From the NCBI RefSeq assembly GCF_006345805.1, contig NC_042999.1, positions 134,168,001-134,232,000 of the forward strand: a stretch of DNA of 64,000 nt, given 5' to 3'. Made by a program: the position numbers and the translations under genes. Numbering within the stretch: the stretch's first letter is position 1; each line of letters starts with the position of its first letter. Below, piece after piece: positions 1 through 13,568 of the stretch. The notes below the pieces were generated by a model. The model was not told the origin of the DNA and made no database searches. It saw only the letters and a program-made list of their open reading frames with translations. The stretch comes from Octopus sinensis (taxonomy: Eukaryota).

Positions 1-23
1 CGCTGCAAGTTACATATATGATC

Positions 24-455
24 CGTCATGGGTTTTCTCTCTCATCCTTTCTGTATGTAATCTTTCTTGTGCTACTCCTGCAGAAATTGGAGACTTTGAG
101 ATGCATCCCGTTTAAACTAGTAAGCGAGAGGGCCCCATTCCGGTATATGCTGATGATGTCGTGGCAATGATATTGTACACGACAGAAATCGATGGATTTG
201 GGGTATTGTTCTAAAGGGAAGCGAGGCCTTAAGAAGAGCAAAAGTTAACTCGGACGAGTCAGTGAGTTTTCAGCTCGCTACCCAGAAAACTATGTTTATG
301 TTACCGACTAGGGATATTCAATGCTGGACCGATGGACTTGTTAAACTGCTTACGAACAAGATAGTAATGACATCCAGAAATCATTTGAGTGAAAGATAAC
401 CCTCAATGGTCGAGCAAATTGAGAAGGCGCATATATCATTCCACCTAATCGAGTT
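24..455 (+). pseudogene. Decayed L1/Tx1-type LINE reverse transcriptase fragment
   Basis: Frameshifted translation gives IRHGFSLSSFLYVIFL (RT QGCPLSP-like motif), VYADDVVAM (YADD at 146-157) and VNSDES...WTDGLVKLL; stops and frameshifts present. Confidence 0.75.
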
Positions 456-466
456 GTTGATGTTAT

Positions 467-520
<54 letters not shown>

Positions 521-1964
521 TTCTTCTTCTTCTTCTTCTTCTTCTTCTTTTTCTTCTTCTTCGTTATTTTTATTATTATTGGTGTTACTCTGTAAACATC
601 GAACTGTCAAAGAAGGTAAAGAGAAAGCAAACAATAACAACAACAACAAAAATAAGATATATATTTTGTTATTAAAATAGAAAGTACATTAATACAACAC
701 AATTTACACAGACTAAGAACTGTTCGCTCCTACTTATGTACATATGTATATATATAGATACGAACGCACATCATACATACGTATATACATACATATAAAT
801 TATATAATATACAAATATATAAATACATGTGCGTGTGTATGCGTGAGTATGTGTATGTGCGTCTATATATATTTACATATACACAAAAGCCATCCACACT
901 AACTCCCTACATATGTATGCGTGCGTATGTGTCTGTGAGAGAGGAAGACAGAAAGAGAGCGACAACAAGGGAGTGAAAGAAAGAGAGAATGTAAGAGAGT
1001 ATGTGAATGTATGTATGAGAGTATGTATCTCACCCCGCCACTCACCACGAACAACGAAAGATGACAGGCAGGGACAAAAGCTGCTGTCGTTTGGATACAG
1101 AAGTAAAAAATTATAAGTAAATGATACGAGAGTCAAGAAATGTTTTATGGTTTTGAAAACAGTTTATGGCTGATATAAGAGAAGTAGGCAAATTCCTTAG
1201 CCAACAGTTTGACTTCAGCAATAAGCAATCAAACTTCAAGTGTTTCTAAGAAAGCACAGCACAATCTGACGTATACAGTTTAGTGTCATGAGCGCTGCTA
1301 TTTTCTCTCTCTCTGTCATTATAAACTTCTATCTGCATAGAACCTACTTAGCTATGAAAGAAAGAGAAATCTTGAAGTTTGGTGAGCAATGAGATAAAGT
1401 AGATGCTAAAGTTTGGGGGCGTGCAGCAATGCTGTCGGTAGTCTCTTGTTTATCTCACGGCACATACTAGCATATAGAAGGTTTTGTTTTGTTTGCTCGT
1501 TCTTTTTCTTCAAAAGTGGTCCGATGATTCATTCAACAATAATGATCGCTATCGTACTAAAACTCTGTGGCTATAGGTGCAGGCGTGGATGTGTGATAAG
1601 AAGTTAGCTTCCTAACCACATGGTACCAGGTTCAGTCCTACTGCATGGCAAAACCCTATGAGCAGTGGAACTGTTTGTTCCCTACCCACTCGACTCCCAC
1701 TGAAGAGCAAACTCTTCCCAAACTTTCTGCTTTGCAAACAAAGAACAACGACTCAAATTCCTCTTTCGATCAGATTTATCCATCTCAGAACGATTCCTTA
1801 AGGAATAACTTGGAGAAGGAAGATCAGATCGAAAGATGGCAAATAGTTTCTGAAGGGGCAAAGGGAAAAAGGAAGAGGGTATAGAGCCACTTCCGAAAAC
1901 TCCACAAAAACAACTACAAACACAAAATCCTCATCTTCAACTCATTACAAAATCACTCTAACAA

Positions 1965-3415
1965 TAGCATAGCGTCGGACACCAAAGTGGAGATGGTCGG
2001 CACTATTTTGAAGCAATACGAGTTGGTTGCAAGGGGCAAAATCGACGCGAAATCAGTGGGCTTGTGGCTGGGCTCTTGGAGAGGAAGGTTGATGCCGCCG
2101 GACGGTGTCGTTGGACGCTGGACTGACGAAACAGCTAACCACTTCGGTCTAGTTGAGCCAGTTCGGGTGGATAAGAATTGGAACGCGGTGACAAACAGGG
2201 TGGTCAGTCTTTGCACAGAAATGGGTAGAAAATAAGCTGTCCTTAAAAGATCGGTAGTGAGGTAGTGAATGCTTACATCGTTTATCGTCTGAACATCGTG
2301 TCCTGTCCTAGTTTCAATGGTCAGGGGTTCAGTCTGCTGCCAGCAAACTATGCGTGGCGGCTTACGCATGCTCTGGCTCCTGATGCGCAGGCACGCGCTC
2401 AGGTTGCACCATCTGCAACGATTTCTGAGAGGTGAACGTGTGTGCGTTCCGTTTGTGAAGCACATCTTTCTACAGCTCTCTCTCCTTGAGGAAGCTGCAG
2501 TTCTGGGCGGAGGAAAGACCGAGAGTGGACGCCGGGTACCTAAAATGTCGTCAGGCGCCCACACTCTTTTACCAGTTGAGCAATTGGATCGGTGGTTGAC
2601 GCACTTTTATAATATAGAGAGAATTAGTGGCGGGTAAGTACGAGAATCTGGGTGTCGATGAAAACGAACTGGATAGTGTGTTTCGGAGGACTTTTCCGTT
2701 TGACAATTTCCAGATGCCCTTGGCCTTGGCCTGGCAATTGCTGTCGGGCTGGGGTGGGGGCGCTACGGGTGTGCGATAAATTTTACGGGTGTGGATGTGC
2801 TATCAGACATGTTTCTACGAGGTACCTGCAGAACAACGAAACCGTTCTGCACGCATTCGTTCAGTGTCCAGGCTTTGCCGACTATTGGGGGTTATGTCGA
2901 ACAGATGCTGTCGCGTGTGGGATGGTTACGCCTATCAGCCGGGTCCATAGTGATGACTACCCCACCATCTTCCTTTAATCAGGCAGGTAAGACAGTTTGC
3001 CTTTGCTAGGTGGCTGTGGTGAAACGTTGTCTGGTGGACGAGGCTGAAAGGCATGAGGACAGAGACATTCCTCTTTGGTAGAGCCCTCATTGACTTTTCC
3101 AAGTTTCACTTGAAAAGGAAAGTGATGGTGGAGAGGGAAGTGGTATCTTCGAGTTAATTTAATGAAAGGTGTGTAAAAGTCGCGAAAGTGGCAAGAGTAG
3201 GTGATACCGCTCTTAGTATAGATCTGTGAATCAGGGAAGAGAAATCGGAGAGGTTTAAGGAGATCCTGGATTGTGGGGTTTCTCGATTATCCCTAGAGGT
3301 CCTCCTGTAATAGGACCACATCATTATCATCCTTTTTCCCTTTCTTCTTTCCCTTTACTGTTGTATACTATGTATACTTCCAGACTTTGTTTTATTGTAC
3401 ACCGTGTATACTTTC
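1965..3415 (+). mobile_element. 5'-truncated L1/Tx1-type LINE 3' portion (post-RT region, CCHC zinc knuckle, 3' UTR)
   Basis: Broken frames MVGTILKQYE..KSVGLWLGSW..KNWNAV..LSLK, ALRVCDK, NNETVLHAFVQCP, FNQAGK, FHLKRK; pyrimidine-rich UTR after ~3230. Confidence 0.8.
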
Positions 3416-3417
3416 TA

Positions 3418-3983
3418 TTGGGTTTTCCGGAAAGTTCGTACCAATTTATAGTAACTTATCTTTCGACTTATTTTAGAACATGGTTGAGTCTATAAAATAG
3501 GATTTGACTACACCTCCATTTAGAGCACAGTTTAAGTTATCTTTTTGTGGAAGAAGGTTTATGTTCCTATAACATTCGTTAAATCTGTAACCCTTTAAAG
3601 GGGAAGATAAGAAAGTTCATTTTCAGCACTTAATGCTTTGGGAATCAGACAAAAATTGCTGCAGCTCAGCTGGGATGTATTACCCCACCCTCCATATTCA
3701 CCAGATATTGCTCCTTCGGATTTCCATTTATTCAGGTCTCTGCAGAATAGTCTTAATGGTAAAAATTTCAATTCCTTAGATGACATAACAAAATACCTTG
3801 ATGAATTCTTTGCCATGAAACCATCTCAATTCTGGGAAGAGGGTGTTTTCAAGTTAAAGGAAAGATGGAGACGCATTGTGCAACAAAATGGTTCATATTT
3901 TGGTTGATTAAAAATGTAATGGCAAGTATTTATTGACCTTTTCTTTCCTTTAAAAATCGGCACGAACTTTCCGGACAACCCAA
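3418..3983 (+). mobile_element. Internally deleted mariner element with both TIRs and TA target duplications
   Basis: Left TIR ttgggttttccggaaagttcgtaccaattt, right TIR aaatcggcacgaactttccggacaacccaa, TA on both sides. ORF 3638-3907 has PHPPYSPDIAPSDFHLF (mariner catalytic C-terminus). Confidence 0.92.
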
Positions 3984-4103
3984 TATATTTTTTTAATCAT
4001 TTCAGTATGTGTAAACTCCAACACTTTATGTTTGTCTTTGTATTTTTCCCCTCATCCTTCGCCCTGGGAGCAAATAAAGAAATGATTATTGTTATTATTA
4101 TTA

Positions 4104-4310
4104 AGGTGGCGAAAAGCTGTGAGCTGGTATAATCGTTAGCACACCGGGTAAATGGCTTAGTGGCATTTTGTCCGACTTCAAATTTTGAGTTCAAATTCCG
4201 CCGAGGCCGAATTTGCCTTTCATCCTAATAGTCGAGAAAATAAGTACCAGTTAGCCACTGGTATCGATATTCAGTGTCCGGGCTTTGAACTTGCTAGCCT
4301 TGTGTAAAAA
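4104..4310 (+). mobile_element. tRNA-derived SINE family A (Nin/Deu-like core), one of many copies
   Basis: Head ggcgagctggcagaatcgttagc, gagttcaaattccgccgagg, core ctttcatcctttcggggtcgataaaataagtaccag. Other copies near 4326-4815, 5320-5920, 6235-6570, 10465-10670(-), 20705-21010(-), 21075-21180, 24412-24610, 36530-36720, 37864-38065, 57150-57340 and 58890-59100. The Nin/Deu label is from recalled motif similarity. Confidence 0.8.
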
Positions 4311-4448
4311 CCATTATCATTATTTAGGTGGCGAGCGGGAAGAATCATTAGCACGCGGAACAAAATCAGATTGGAAATTCCGCCGAAGTTGACTCTACTT
4401 TTAATCCCTTCAGGGTCGATAAAATGTGTACCAGTTAAGTAGTGGGAT

Positions 4449-4777
4449 GTGGAGGCGCAGTGGCCCAGTGGTTAGGGGAGCGGACTCGCGGTCGGAGGAT
4501 CGCGGTTTCGATTCCCAGACCAGGTCTTGTGTGTGTTTATTGGGCGAAAACACCTAAAAGCTCCACGAGGCTCCGGCAGGGGGTGGTGGCGACCCCTGTT
4601 GTACTCTTTCGCCCCAACTTTCTCTCACTCTCTCTCTCTTCCTGTTTCTTGAGTAACGCTGTGATGGACTGGCGTCCCGTCCAGCTGGGAGGAACACATG
4701 CGCCACAGAAACCGGGAAACCGGGCCCATGAGCGTGGCTAGGCTTGAGAAGGGCGCATAAATAAAATAAAAATAAGC
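4449..4777 (+). mobile_element. Young tRNA-derived SINE family C inserted into a family A SINE
   Basis: A box tggcccagtgg, B box ggtttcgattccc, A-rich tail; target duplication agtgggat at 4441-4448 and 4778-4785. Confidence 0.88.
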
Positions 4778-7767
4778 AGTGGGATAGATATCATCGACTT
4801 CCACTCATCCCATAACTTAAAGAAGAAAAAATATTTCAGGTCTTGTTCCTGCAGTAGAAAAGATTATAGCTATTATATCATCATATGATAGAGCAACAGC
4901 TGTATTACAAAGAAGATAGAAAAAAAAACCTACTAAAATACCTCGACTATAAATTACACACATTGCACTACTTTCAACTGAAGAAAGGTTATTGTTGCTG
5001 TTACTGCTGTTACTAATTCTGTGGGTGCTCTTGTTATTATTCTTGCTAATGTCATTACTGCTGATGTCTTCTCCGTTGATGTTGTTCTTATTGTCGTTCG
5101 TTTCGGTGTAATATGGATATTTATTACATGCCTGTTTTAACAGTAACAGTAGTTTCTGATTTCTCTATATCATCTTGGTAAACACACAAAAAGAAAATGT
5201 ATCCAATTTCCTTCAAGACAATGAATTCTGTTGTGTGAAAGCTCGCTTAACGAGGTAGGCAATACATATTCATAGGTATGCACATAATGTATAATATGTA
5301 TGCGTGTGTGGGGGGGGGGACGGTGAGGTAGCAGAATCGTTAGCATGCCGGGTAAAATGCTTAGAGGTATTTCGTCAGTCGCTACGTTCTGAGTTCAAAT
5401 TCCGCCGAGGTCGACTTTGCCTTTCATCCTTTCGGGGTCGATTAAATAAGTACCAGTTATGCACTGGGGTCGATATAATCGACTTAATCCGTTTGTCTGT
5501 CCTTGTTTGTCCTTTCTGTGGGTAGTAAAGGAATAGGTATTTTGCGAGTCATTACGTTCTGAGTTCAAATTCTGTCGATGTCGTCTTCACCTATCAACCT
5601 CTTGGAGTCAATAAAATAAGTACCAGTTGAGCACTGCGGTCGGTTTGTTCTACTTAGCCAGCCCCCGCCCCCACCCCGAAATTGCTGATCCTTTGTCAAA
5701 ATTTGATGCCAATCAGTGTATGCGTTTGTGTGATGACGGCGAGCTAGCAGAATCTTTAGCACGCCAGGCAAAATGATTAGCGGTTTTCGTCCGTCTTTAT
5801 GTTCTGAGTTCAAATTCCGCCGAAGTCGTCTTTTCCTATCATCTTTTTGAGGTGGATAAAATACACACCTGTTCAGCACTTAGGTCAGTGTAATCGACTT
5901 AACCTCCTCCTCCGAGGCTTTGCGCTAAAATATGAAACCAGTGTGTGAGTATGTGGTGTTCGTCTGTTTGTGTATGTGTGTACGTGCATAGGTAGCGATG
6001 GATTGACGCTAGATATGGCTAAGAAGTCATTATCGCGACAACAAAGTCCTGGACTCAATCCCATAACGTGGCAACATTGGCAAATGCCTTTTGTCATAAC
6101 TAGGCTCAATCAAAATCTGGTGAATGAAAGTGGGTGAACGGAAACAATGCGGAAGCCGTCGGATGGATCGCAACTTCCTGAATTTCAAAGGTGCAACCTT
6201 ATAACAAAAAAGCAATTTTAAATCATCATTATCTGGCAGAATCGTTAGCAAGCTGGACGAAATGCTCAGCGGTATTCCGTTTGCCGCTACGTTCTGAGTT
6301 CAAATTTCACTGAGGTCGACTTTGCCTTTCATCCTTTCGGGGTCGATTAAATAAGTACCAGTTACGCACTGGGATCGATATAATCGACTTAATCCGTTTG
6401 TCTGTCCTTGTTTGTTCCCTCTGTGTTTAGCCCCTTGTGGGTAGTAAAGAAATAGAAATAGGTATTTCGCCTGTAGCTACGTTCTGAGTTCAAGTTCCAC
6501 CGAGGTCGAGTTTGGCTTTCATTCTTTCGGGGTTGATAAATTAAGTACCAGTGAATCACTGGGGTCGATGTAAGAAGTACTCATCATGATATAATAAAAG
6601 GAAATAGTTACTCATAAATCAACATTTATGAAATATTGTCGTGTATTCTTTTTTATTTTTGTTTTTTTATTTTTTTTCAGTTATTGGACTGCGACCATGC
6701 TGGGGCACTTCCTTGAAAGATTTTAGTCGAAACAAACTACTTCAAGTAGCTATTTTTCCGGTTGACAAGCGGTGGTGCGAGACAAAAAGAAACAAAAACA
6801 AAACTTACGATTTGGTAATATATACTTGTAACGCATAGCTTCTTAGATTGTAAGCCAGGTTTCTAAACCGAATCAAGATTTTTCCTACATGTTTCTTCCC
6901 TATTGTTCTCAGCTTTTACACTTGAAAATTTATGAGAATCAACTGTCACATTTAGTTGAGTTCTCTGGTTGAAGTTAACAATCTTAGATGAAATACAGTT
7001 GGGGTGCGATAGACCTATTACTTCCCATTGTTCTCTGACCTACATCCAGTTTTCCCATTCTGTTTTTCCTTCTTTCTTTCGGCGCCGACGGAGGGAGCAC
7101 TATATGCGAGAGACTATACGGCACTTATCATCTCTACTTGTCGAGTCTCTTTTACTCTTTCTTTTTCTCTCTTCTTTTTCTACCGGTCTTCTTGTAGTCA
7201 ACAAAAGATGGATTTAACTACCTACAGAATGCATATCAGTACTGTGAATAGTCATTGTCTTACAATTTAAGAATAATTAATAATTATATTTTCGTTATCG
7301 TACTGTTTTGTTGTATGACTCCACAATTTTAGTTTATTATTTGATTTTTGATCTCTTGGAATACCAAAAACATTTCGGTAACAAAGTTGGAAATTGAATC
7401 ACCAAACAAATCGTTTTGAACTATTTCATTTCACTATACTCCATCTACATATTTTACGAGCTACACACAAACTTATATCAATATCATTTTTTCCAATAGC
7501 ACCACATGCGTCATGTTTCTCACCAGCAAGATATCACTAGCAGCGTATAGATCTTAGACTTCTATTCTTTATCTGTGTCATAAAGTATGATAAACTTAAA
7601 ACCATAATTTAAAGTCAAACAGTTAAAACATTCATATTCTGACAAATATATCGAGTTGAGCAGTTTGCTCTTTTTCTTTCTTCTTCTTAGAAACTCTTAA
7701 ATATTCCCTTCATATACAGGCATATCTTATCAAGACCAATGTGAACATAGATACGTATAGATACGCT

Positions 7768-7945
7768 GATACATACGTATGAACATACGCACACAAATAG
7801 ATTCATACGTACACATGCAAACACTAAGACACAGATGTGTATATAGTGTATATGCGCATACATACGTATGAACATACGCACACAAATAGATTCATACGTA
7901 CACATGCAAACACTAAGACACAGATGTGTATATAGTGTATATGCG
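7768..7945. repeat. 89-bp tandem duplication of a purine-pyrimidine-alternating segment
   Basis: catacgtatgaacatacgcacacaaatag... at 7772 and 7861. Confidence 0.9.
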
Positions 7946-8477
7946 CATACATACGCACATGCATACATACATTCATACTTTTCTGCTAGGACGTATGTGC
8001 ATATGTATATGAAAGTCTGTTGTTATATAGCTATTAGGCGTATGTTCTTGTGTTTGTGTATCTATATGTGTATATAGGTGCGTGTATGTTCGCACGCAAT
8101 TGTATGTGTGTGTATGTGTGTGTGTATGTGTGTGCCTGTCTGTGTCTGTATATGTGTGCGTACGCGACTGGGAAGAATTGTGATTACATACGTATGTGTG
8201 GTAATTTGCATTTAATTTTGTATTGTTTGCATGACTGAATATTTTTCTGTGAGAATGATGTATTTATCTCAATTAAATCTTACGGCAAGAAATATTAAAG
8301 GATAATTATTATTTGTTGTCTGGTGTAGTTGACTATTTATTATTCCTATGTTATTTCTCTCCTGTTGCTAAAGAGCATATCACATAAATAGAACAAACGA
8401 GTGTAAATGTAGATATGAAATACTGATAACACTATCCGTGGCAATATATCATAATGTAGACGATGTATACGCATATC

Positions 8478-8531
<54 letters not shown>

Positions 8532-8771
8532 TTCTACGTGAATACATTTATATATATACATACATACATACACACACATATATATATATATACGTAGACA
8601 CAGATGTGCATAAATTTAAACATATGTGCACACATGCGTACTTAGACACACACATATATGTGCATATATATATATACCTATATATATAGAGGTATAATGT
8701 ATGTATGTATATATATATAAGCATGCACACAGACATAAACACACGCATGCACTCACACACACGCGTATTTG

Positions 8772-8836
<65 letters not shown>

Positions 8837-9044
8837 TGTGTGTCTGTATGTGTGTATAATATATGTATATATAAATGTATGTATGTATGTATTATGAGAG
8901 AAAGAAAATGGAATTCACGAGACTCTTTATTATTCACTATGATCGTTTCGATCCATCATGCATCGGTGTCTCGTCGGTGAGATACTGTATAAACGGTATA
9001 CTACGAGGTGTATACCCAAATTTAAATATATACATACATATATA

Positions 9045-9110
<66 letters not shown>

Positions 9111-9440
9111 ATATATATATGCAGTAGTGACCACGATATAACGGTTCGTAATAACAAGTGTATTGAAATAGTTATTATTAAGATTAACAACACGTGGAAA
9201 CTAGATATTATACACATATTTAGATGTATCTAATATCGATCTTTCGTGAAAATTTCAAGTGAATGGAATACGTAAGTAATGAGAAAATAAACAAACAATC
9301 CTCCAAATTCCAGTTGCCAAAAGGTAAGGGTCACTTAGAAAAAATGAACAACTAACCGAGTATATGTTGTTTAGAAGTCTGTTAATGGGCTAACAGTTAC
9401 TTCTTATGATCTTATATTATTGGAACATTCAACTGTCAAC

Positions 9441-10415
9441 ATGGCGGCTTGTGAGATACAACCTGTGTCCTGTGATTGAAAAGAAAGGATTGTGTGCTTT
9501 CACCAAGAGGGCAAGTCAAATTCTATGATAGCAACGACTGTAGGAGGGTCTTGACGTGTTGTGCAACGAATTGTAGCTCGTTTTAAGTCATCAGGATCGA
9601 CAGATGCTAAACCCCAAACCGGTAGACCTCGTAAAACTTCACCAAGACAGGATCGTATTATAGTTAGAATGTCACTGAAGGATAGTTTTAAGAGTGCTGC
9701 TGAGATATCCCGTGTGTTTAGCTCCGCTTCCGATGTCAACGTTTCGCGCAAAATAGTTTCTCGAAGGTTACGAGGTTTTGGGTCATCAAAGAAACCTCTA
9801 ATCTCAAAGAAGAATCAAAGAGCCCGTCTTCGTTTCGCTCACGATCGTGTCGTTTGGACAGAAGATTAGTGGTCGCAGGTTCATTTTAGCGATATTATTG
9901 AAGTTTAATGTGATTGGCTCCGATGGCGTAATGTACCTCCAACGAAGAAGGGATGAAAGGTTATCTTGTGCATGTATGAAGAAGACAGGGAAATATGGAG
10001 GAGGCAGTGTAATGGTATGGGGAGTGATCTCTACTGCTGGTCCTGATCCACTTATTCGTCTACAAGGGACTGTCAATGCTGAAATCTACAAGCAGATTCT
10101 TAGACAGCATGCCCTTCCACATCTCCAATCTTCGTCAGTTCAACCTCCTATCTTCGTGCAGGACAACGCTCCCTGTCACACTGTGATGAGAGTCAAAGAT
10201 ATTTTGAGTGATGATAGGGTTGATTTCATGGACTGGCCACCTTAAAGTCCCGATCTCAACCCTATAGAAAACGTCTGGAAGATTATTGGAGATAGGGTGC
10301 GAAGAACAAATTCAAAGAACCATGATGAACTCCGGGGATTATTGAAAAACGAATGGAATAATATTACTCCGTCATTTTGCAAGAAATTAATAAGAGCTCT
10401 TCGAGATAAAGTAAA
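9441..10415 (+). pseudogene. Tc1-family DD34E transposase pseudogene
   Basis: ATG at 9441, GRPRKTS, KKPLISKKNQRARLRFA, FSD(E), GGGSVMVWG, FVQDNAPCH, WPP*SPDLNPIENVW; several stops and a frameshift; no TIR pair found. Confidence 0.92.
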
Positions 10416-11189
10416 CTAGTACTATCTAGTGTACCAGTAACTAGTAGTCATAAAAACTGATTTCAAAATTTGCCACAAGGCCAGCAATTTCGGGGAAGGA
10501 AATGAGTCTATTACGTCGACATCAGTGTTAACTGGTACTTATTTTATTGACCCCGAAAGGATGAAAGACAAAGTCGACCTCGGCTGAAATTGAACTCAGA
10601 AGGTAAAGCTAGACGAAATGCTGCTAAGCATTTCCCCCGTTGTGCTAACGATTCAGCCAGCGCGCCACCTTATTGTCGTCATAAAAATTAATTTATCATG
10701 AGTTGAGAATCTGCTGATTTCCAAGCAGTTCTCCATTAATATCCTTTGCTCTCTGGCCTTGGCTGAAATATTCACAACTGCAAAGCAGAAGACTTCAATG
10801 GCTTTACGTGATTTTTCTGTCCCAAGCGTATTTCAGAATTTATAATTTCCACTTTGTGGAATTTTTTATGGGAATGTATGCTCGTTGGCATAAGTGTATG
10901 CATGAAATAATGTATGTATGTCATTATTTAGTTTTATTTCAAGATTTCATACTGACAGAGAAAGAGAGAGCGTATGAGAAGGGTTAACAACATCAACTGC
11001 GATCCTGTAGCAATGGAATCAATTGTGTGTCCCCGTTTATTTTAATTGCAATATATATAAGACAAAAAAAAACCAGACAAGTTCATATAAAACTCATGCT
11101 TGCCTTGTGACTGGCAAGTTTTTAATTATTTAAACAAATGTTATATATTCATTAGGAGTTCAACACGCGACAGTATGTATGTATGTATG

Positions 11190-11221
<32 letters not shown>

Positions 11222-11628
11222 TGTATGTATGTATGTATGTATGTATGTATATATGTATGTATGAATTTGGAACTTGAGAAAAGTCTTGCATATTTTTACT
11301 GTCCCATTCACAGATTGCACTTGTAATGTAGGAATTCTCTTTCTGAAAATCCCAGTTTATCCAGATTTTCCTTTAAGCATTTACTAACAAACCTAGTGGT
11401 TCAATTTTTATTGGTATGAACATGAATTCTTAGTCTGGATATAGAAGCTGGAGGTTTCGAAGCAGTTGTCCATAGATACCCTATTTTTCTTCGATTTTCC
11501 ATCTGCTCCAATAATTACCGGCATAACAGGCTGTTTCTCCTTATTTTGGCATGGATAATTATCTTTCATTTTATCCTTAACATTGTAACTGAACAATTGT
11601 TACAGAGCGCGCTTTCTTTACTCAACAC

Positions 11629-11829
11629 CAGTGGTTTTCAACCAGGGTGCCGCCAGTACAGTCGAGGGGTTCCGCAAGAAGTTACAAAACTGATAAGATC
11701 GGCAGTAATTTTCAATTCTCCTGTGCAGATATGTGTGCATAAGACTATTAAATTATTGCACAGGGGTTCTTCGAGCCAGTGGAATGTTTCCTTGGGGTTC
11801 CGCTCCAGCAAAAATGTTGAAAAGCACTG
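11629..11829. mobile_element. hAT (Charlie-like) MITE 1
   Basis: TIRs cagtggttttcaac / gttgaaaagcactg; 8-bp flanks ctcaacac / ctctacac. Confidence 0.85.
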
Positions 11830-11837
11830 CTCTACAC

Positions 11838-12121
11838 CAATGCTTCTCAAACTATCTGATTTGCCGTACCGGCAGTTTTATTTCTCCCTAATGTGCCAGG
11901 GACCGGTAATATTTCTTAGTAATATTAATTTATACCGGAAACAATATATATAATGAATACAATAAAAGTTGACAATTTTTTTATCTTATATTTATTTTGT
12001 AAACAAATAATACATCATTACATATGCATTTTATAAGCATTTAATATGCATTTTATAATGTTTCATTCTTTTCTGGAAACTCGCCGCGTACCGGCACCGG
12101 TCAACACTTTGGGTAGCACTG
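11838..12121. mobile_element. hAT (Charlie-like) MITE 2
   Basis: TIRs caatgcttctcaaa / tttgggtagcactg; 8-bp flanks ctctacac / ctctatac. Confidence 0.8.
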
Positions 12122-12667
12122 CTCTATACCACATCAATGTTTTGTACATAATGTCCATCTTGTACAGAGGCATTAACAACAACGTTGTAGTAGTATTCAG
12201 TGGTGAGTCTATATCCTCCACATCACTGTACCGTCTTATATTTCCATCTTTAAGACTTTGGCTTTCTTAAGTTTATATAAAGTGTTTAAACCGAAACTTA
12301 CTTCGTCATATGTAGATAATCTTGTGGTGACATATTCTGAGAACTGCTTTATGGTGTGTGATCCATGTTCAGTGATAATTCCATAGAGTTTGCATCGATT
12401 CTCACATCTAGATGTTTTACCTGCTTCCTTACACCTTTTGCACCACAAGTATTTGTTGTTATAGTGGTTATTTCCGGTTCCTGAGATTCAAAATCATTTC
12501 TTTCGAGATGACTACAAATGTTCTATTGTTGAGCCAAGATAAAGCGACTTTAGTGATCTATGTTACAACCACTATGAAGTTTGCTGCAAGCATAACCGAG
12601 CATGGTTGGCAGAGAAGCGAAGGCTTTCGGTCGAGTGTTCTATTGTGACAGAACTATTCAACTTCCC

Positions 12668-12994
12668 TATATGTATGTATGTATGCATGTATGTATGTAT
12701 GTATGTATGTATGTATGTATGTATGTATGTATGTATGTATGTATGTATGTACGTACGTATGTATGTGTGTATGTGTGTATGTATGTATGTGCATGTATGT
12801 GTGCATGTATGTGCGTGTATGTGTGTATGTATGTATGTATGTACGTATGCATGTATGTATGTGTGTGTATGTGTGTATGTATGTATGTATGTCTGCATGT
12901 ATGTATGTATGAATGTATGTATGTATGCATGTATGTATGTATGTATGCATCTATCGATCTTTCTATCTATCTGTTTGTCTGTCTGTCTGTCTAC

Positions 12995-13036
<42 letters not shown>

Positions 13037-13135
13037 GTCTGTCTGTCTGTCTACCTATCTATGAATGAATGCATATATGAATGTATGTATGCATATATTT
13101 ACGTATACATGTATATGTGTGTGCGTATGCGTTTA
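12668..13135. repeat. Compound (TATG)n/(TCTA)n microsatellite, representative of dozens of (TA)n, (CA)n, (TATG)n, (TAGA)n, (AGT)n and (CAT)n tracts
   Basis: Direct reading; these tracts generate the MYVC/THTH/YIYI/IYLS pseudo-ORFs. Confidence 0.95.
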
Positions 13136-13532
13136 TAAATATCTGCCTACAATCAATTATGCATACTTCGATCTCCTAAAGCTTATTTAATTTGATATAT
13201 CGAGACAAAACATATCCGTAAAACCGTGCTCACAAATGTGTGCGCGTGTATCTCTGTCCGTATGTATATTCGCGCGAGCGTGTGCACACACACACACATA
13301 TATGCACATATATATACACATATATATATATACACATACAAATATGCATATATTTATATGCATATAAGAATATATACACTCATTTATATGCATATGTGCA
13401 TTCTCATATACGTACATATATACATACGTATATACATACATACTTACATACATACGTACATATATACGTCCATACATACGTGCATACATACATGCATACA
13501 TACATACATACATACATACATACATACATACA

Positions 13533-13568
<36 letters not shown>

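Larger units (their letters stand above)
11262..12590 (-). mobile_element. Dong/R4-like RLE LINE 3' fragment, interrupted by two hAT MITEs
   Basis: Minus strand gives NIDH..SHLE..SQEPEIT, KEAGKTSRCENRCKL (CCHC region) and KCLKENLDKLGFSERE..TLQVQSV..TVKICKTFLKFQ, nearly identical to 62546-62683. Confidence 0.8.

Noticed and set aside
1645-1884. 79-aa ORF upstream of the Tx1 fragment
   Set aside because: Starts inside a SINE head; could be ORF1 debris but unsupported.
4449-4525. tRNA-like A and B boxes
   Set aside because: SINE head with body, tail and target duplication, not a tRNA gene.
5320-6570. Regularly recurring SINE motifs that could mimic a CRISPR-like array
   Set aside because: Eukaryotic SINE multimers with conserved, not unique, spacers; no cas genes.
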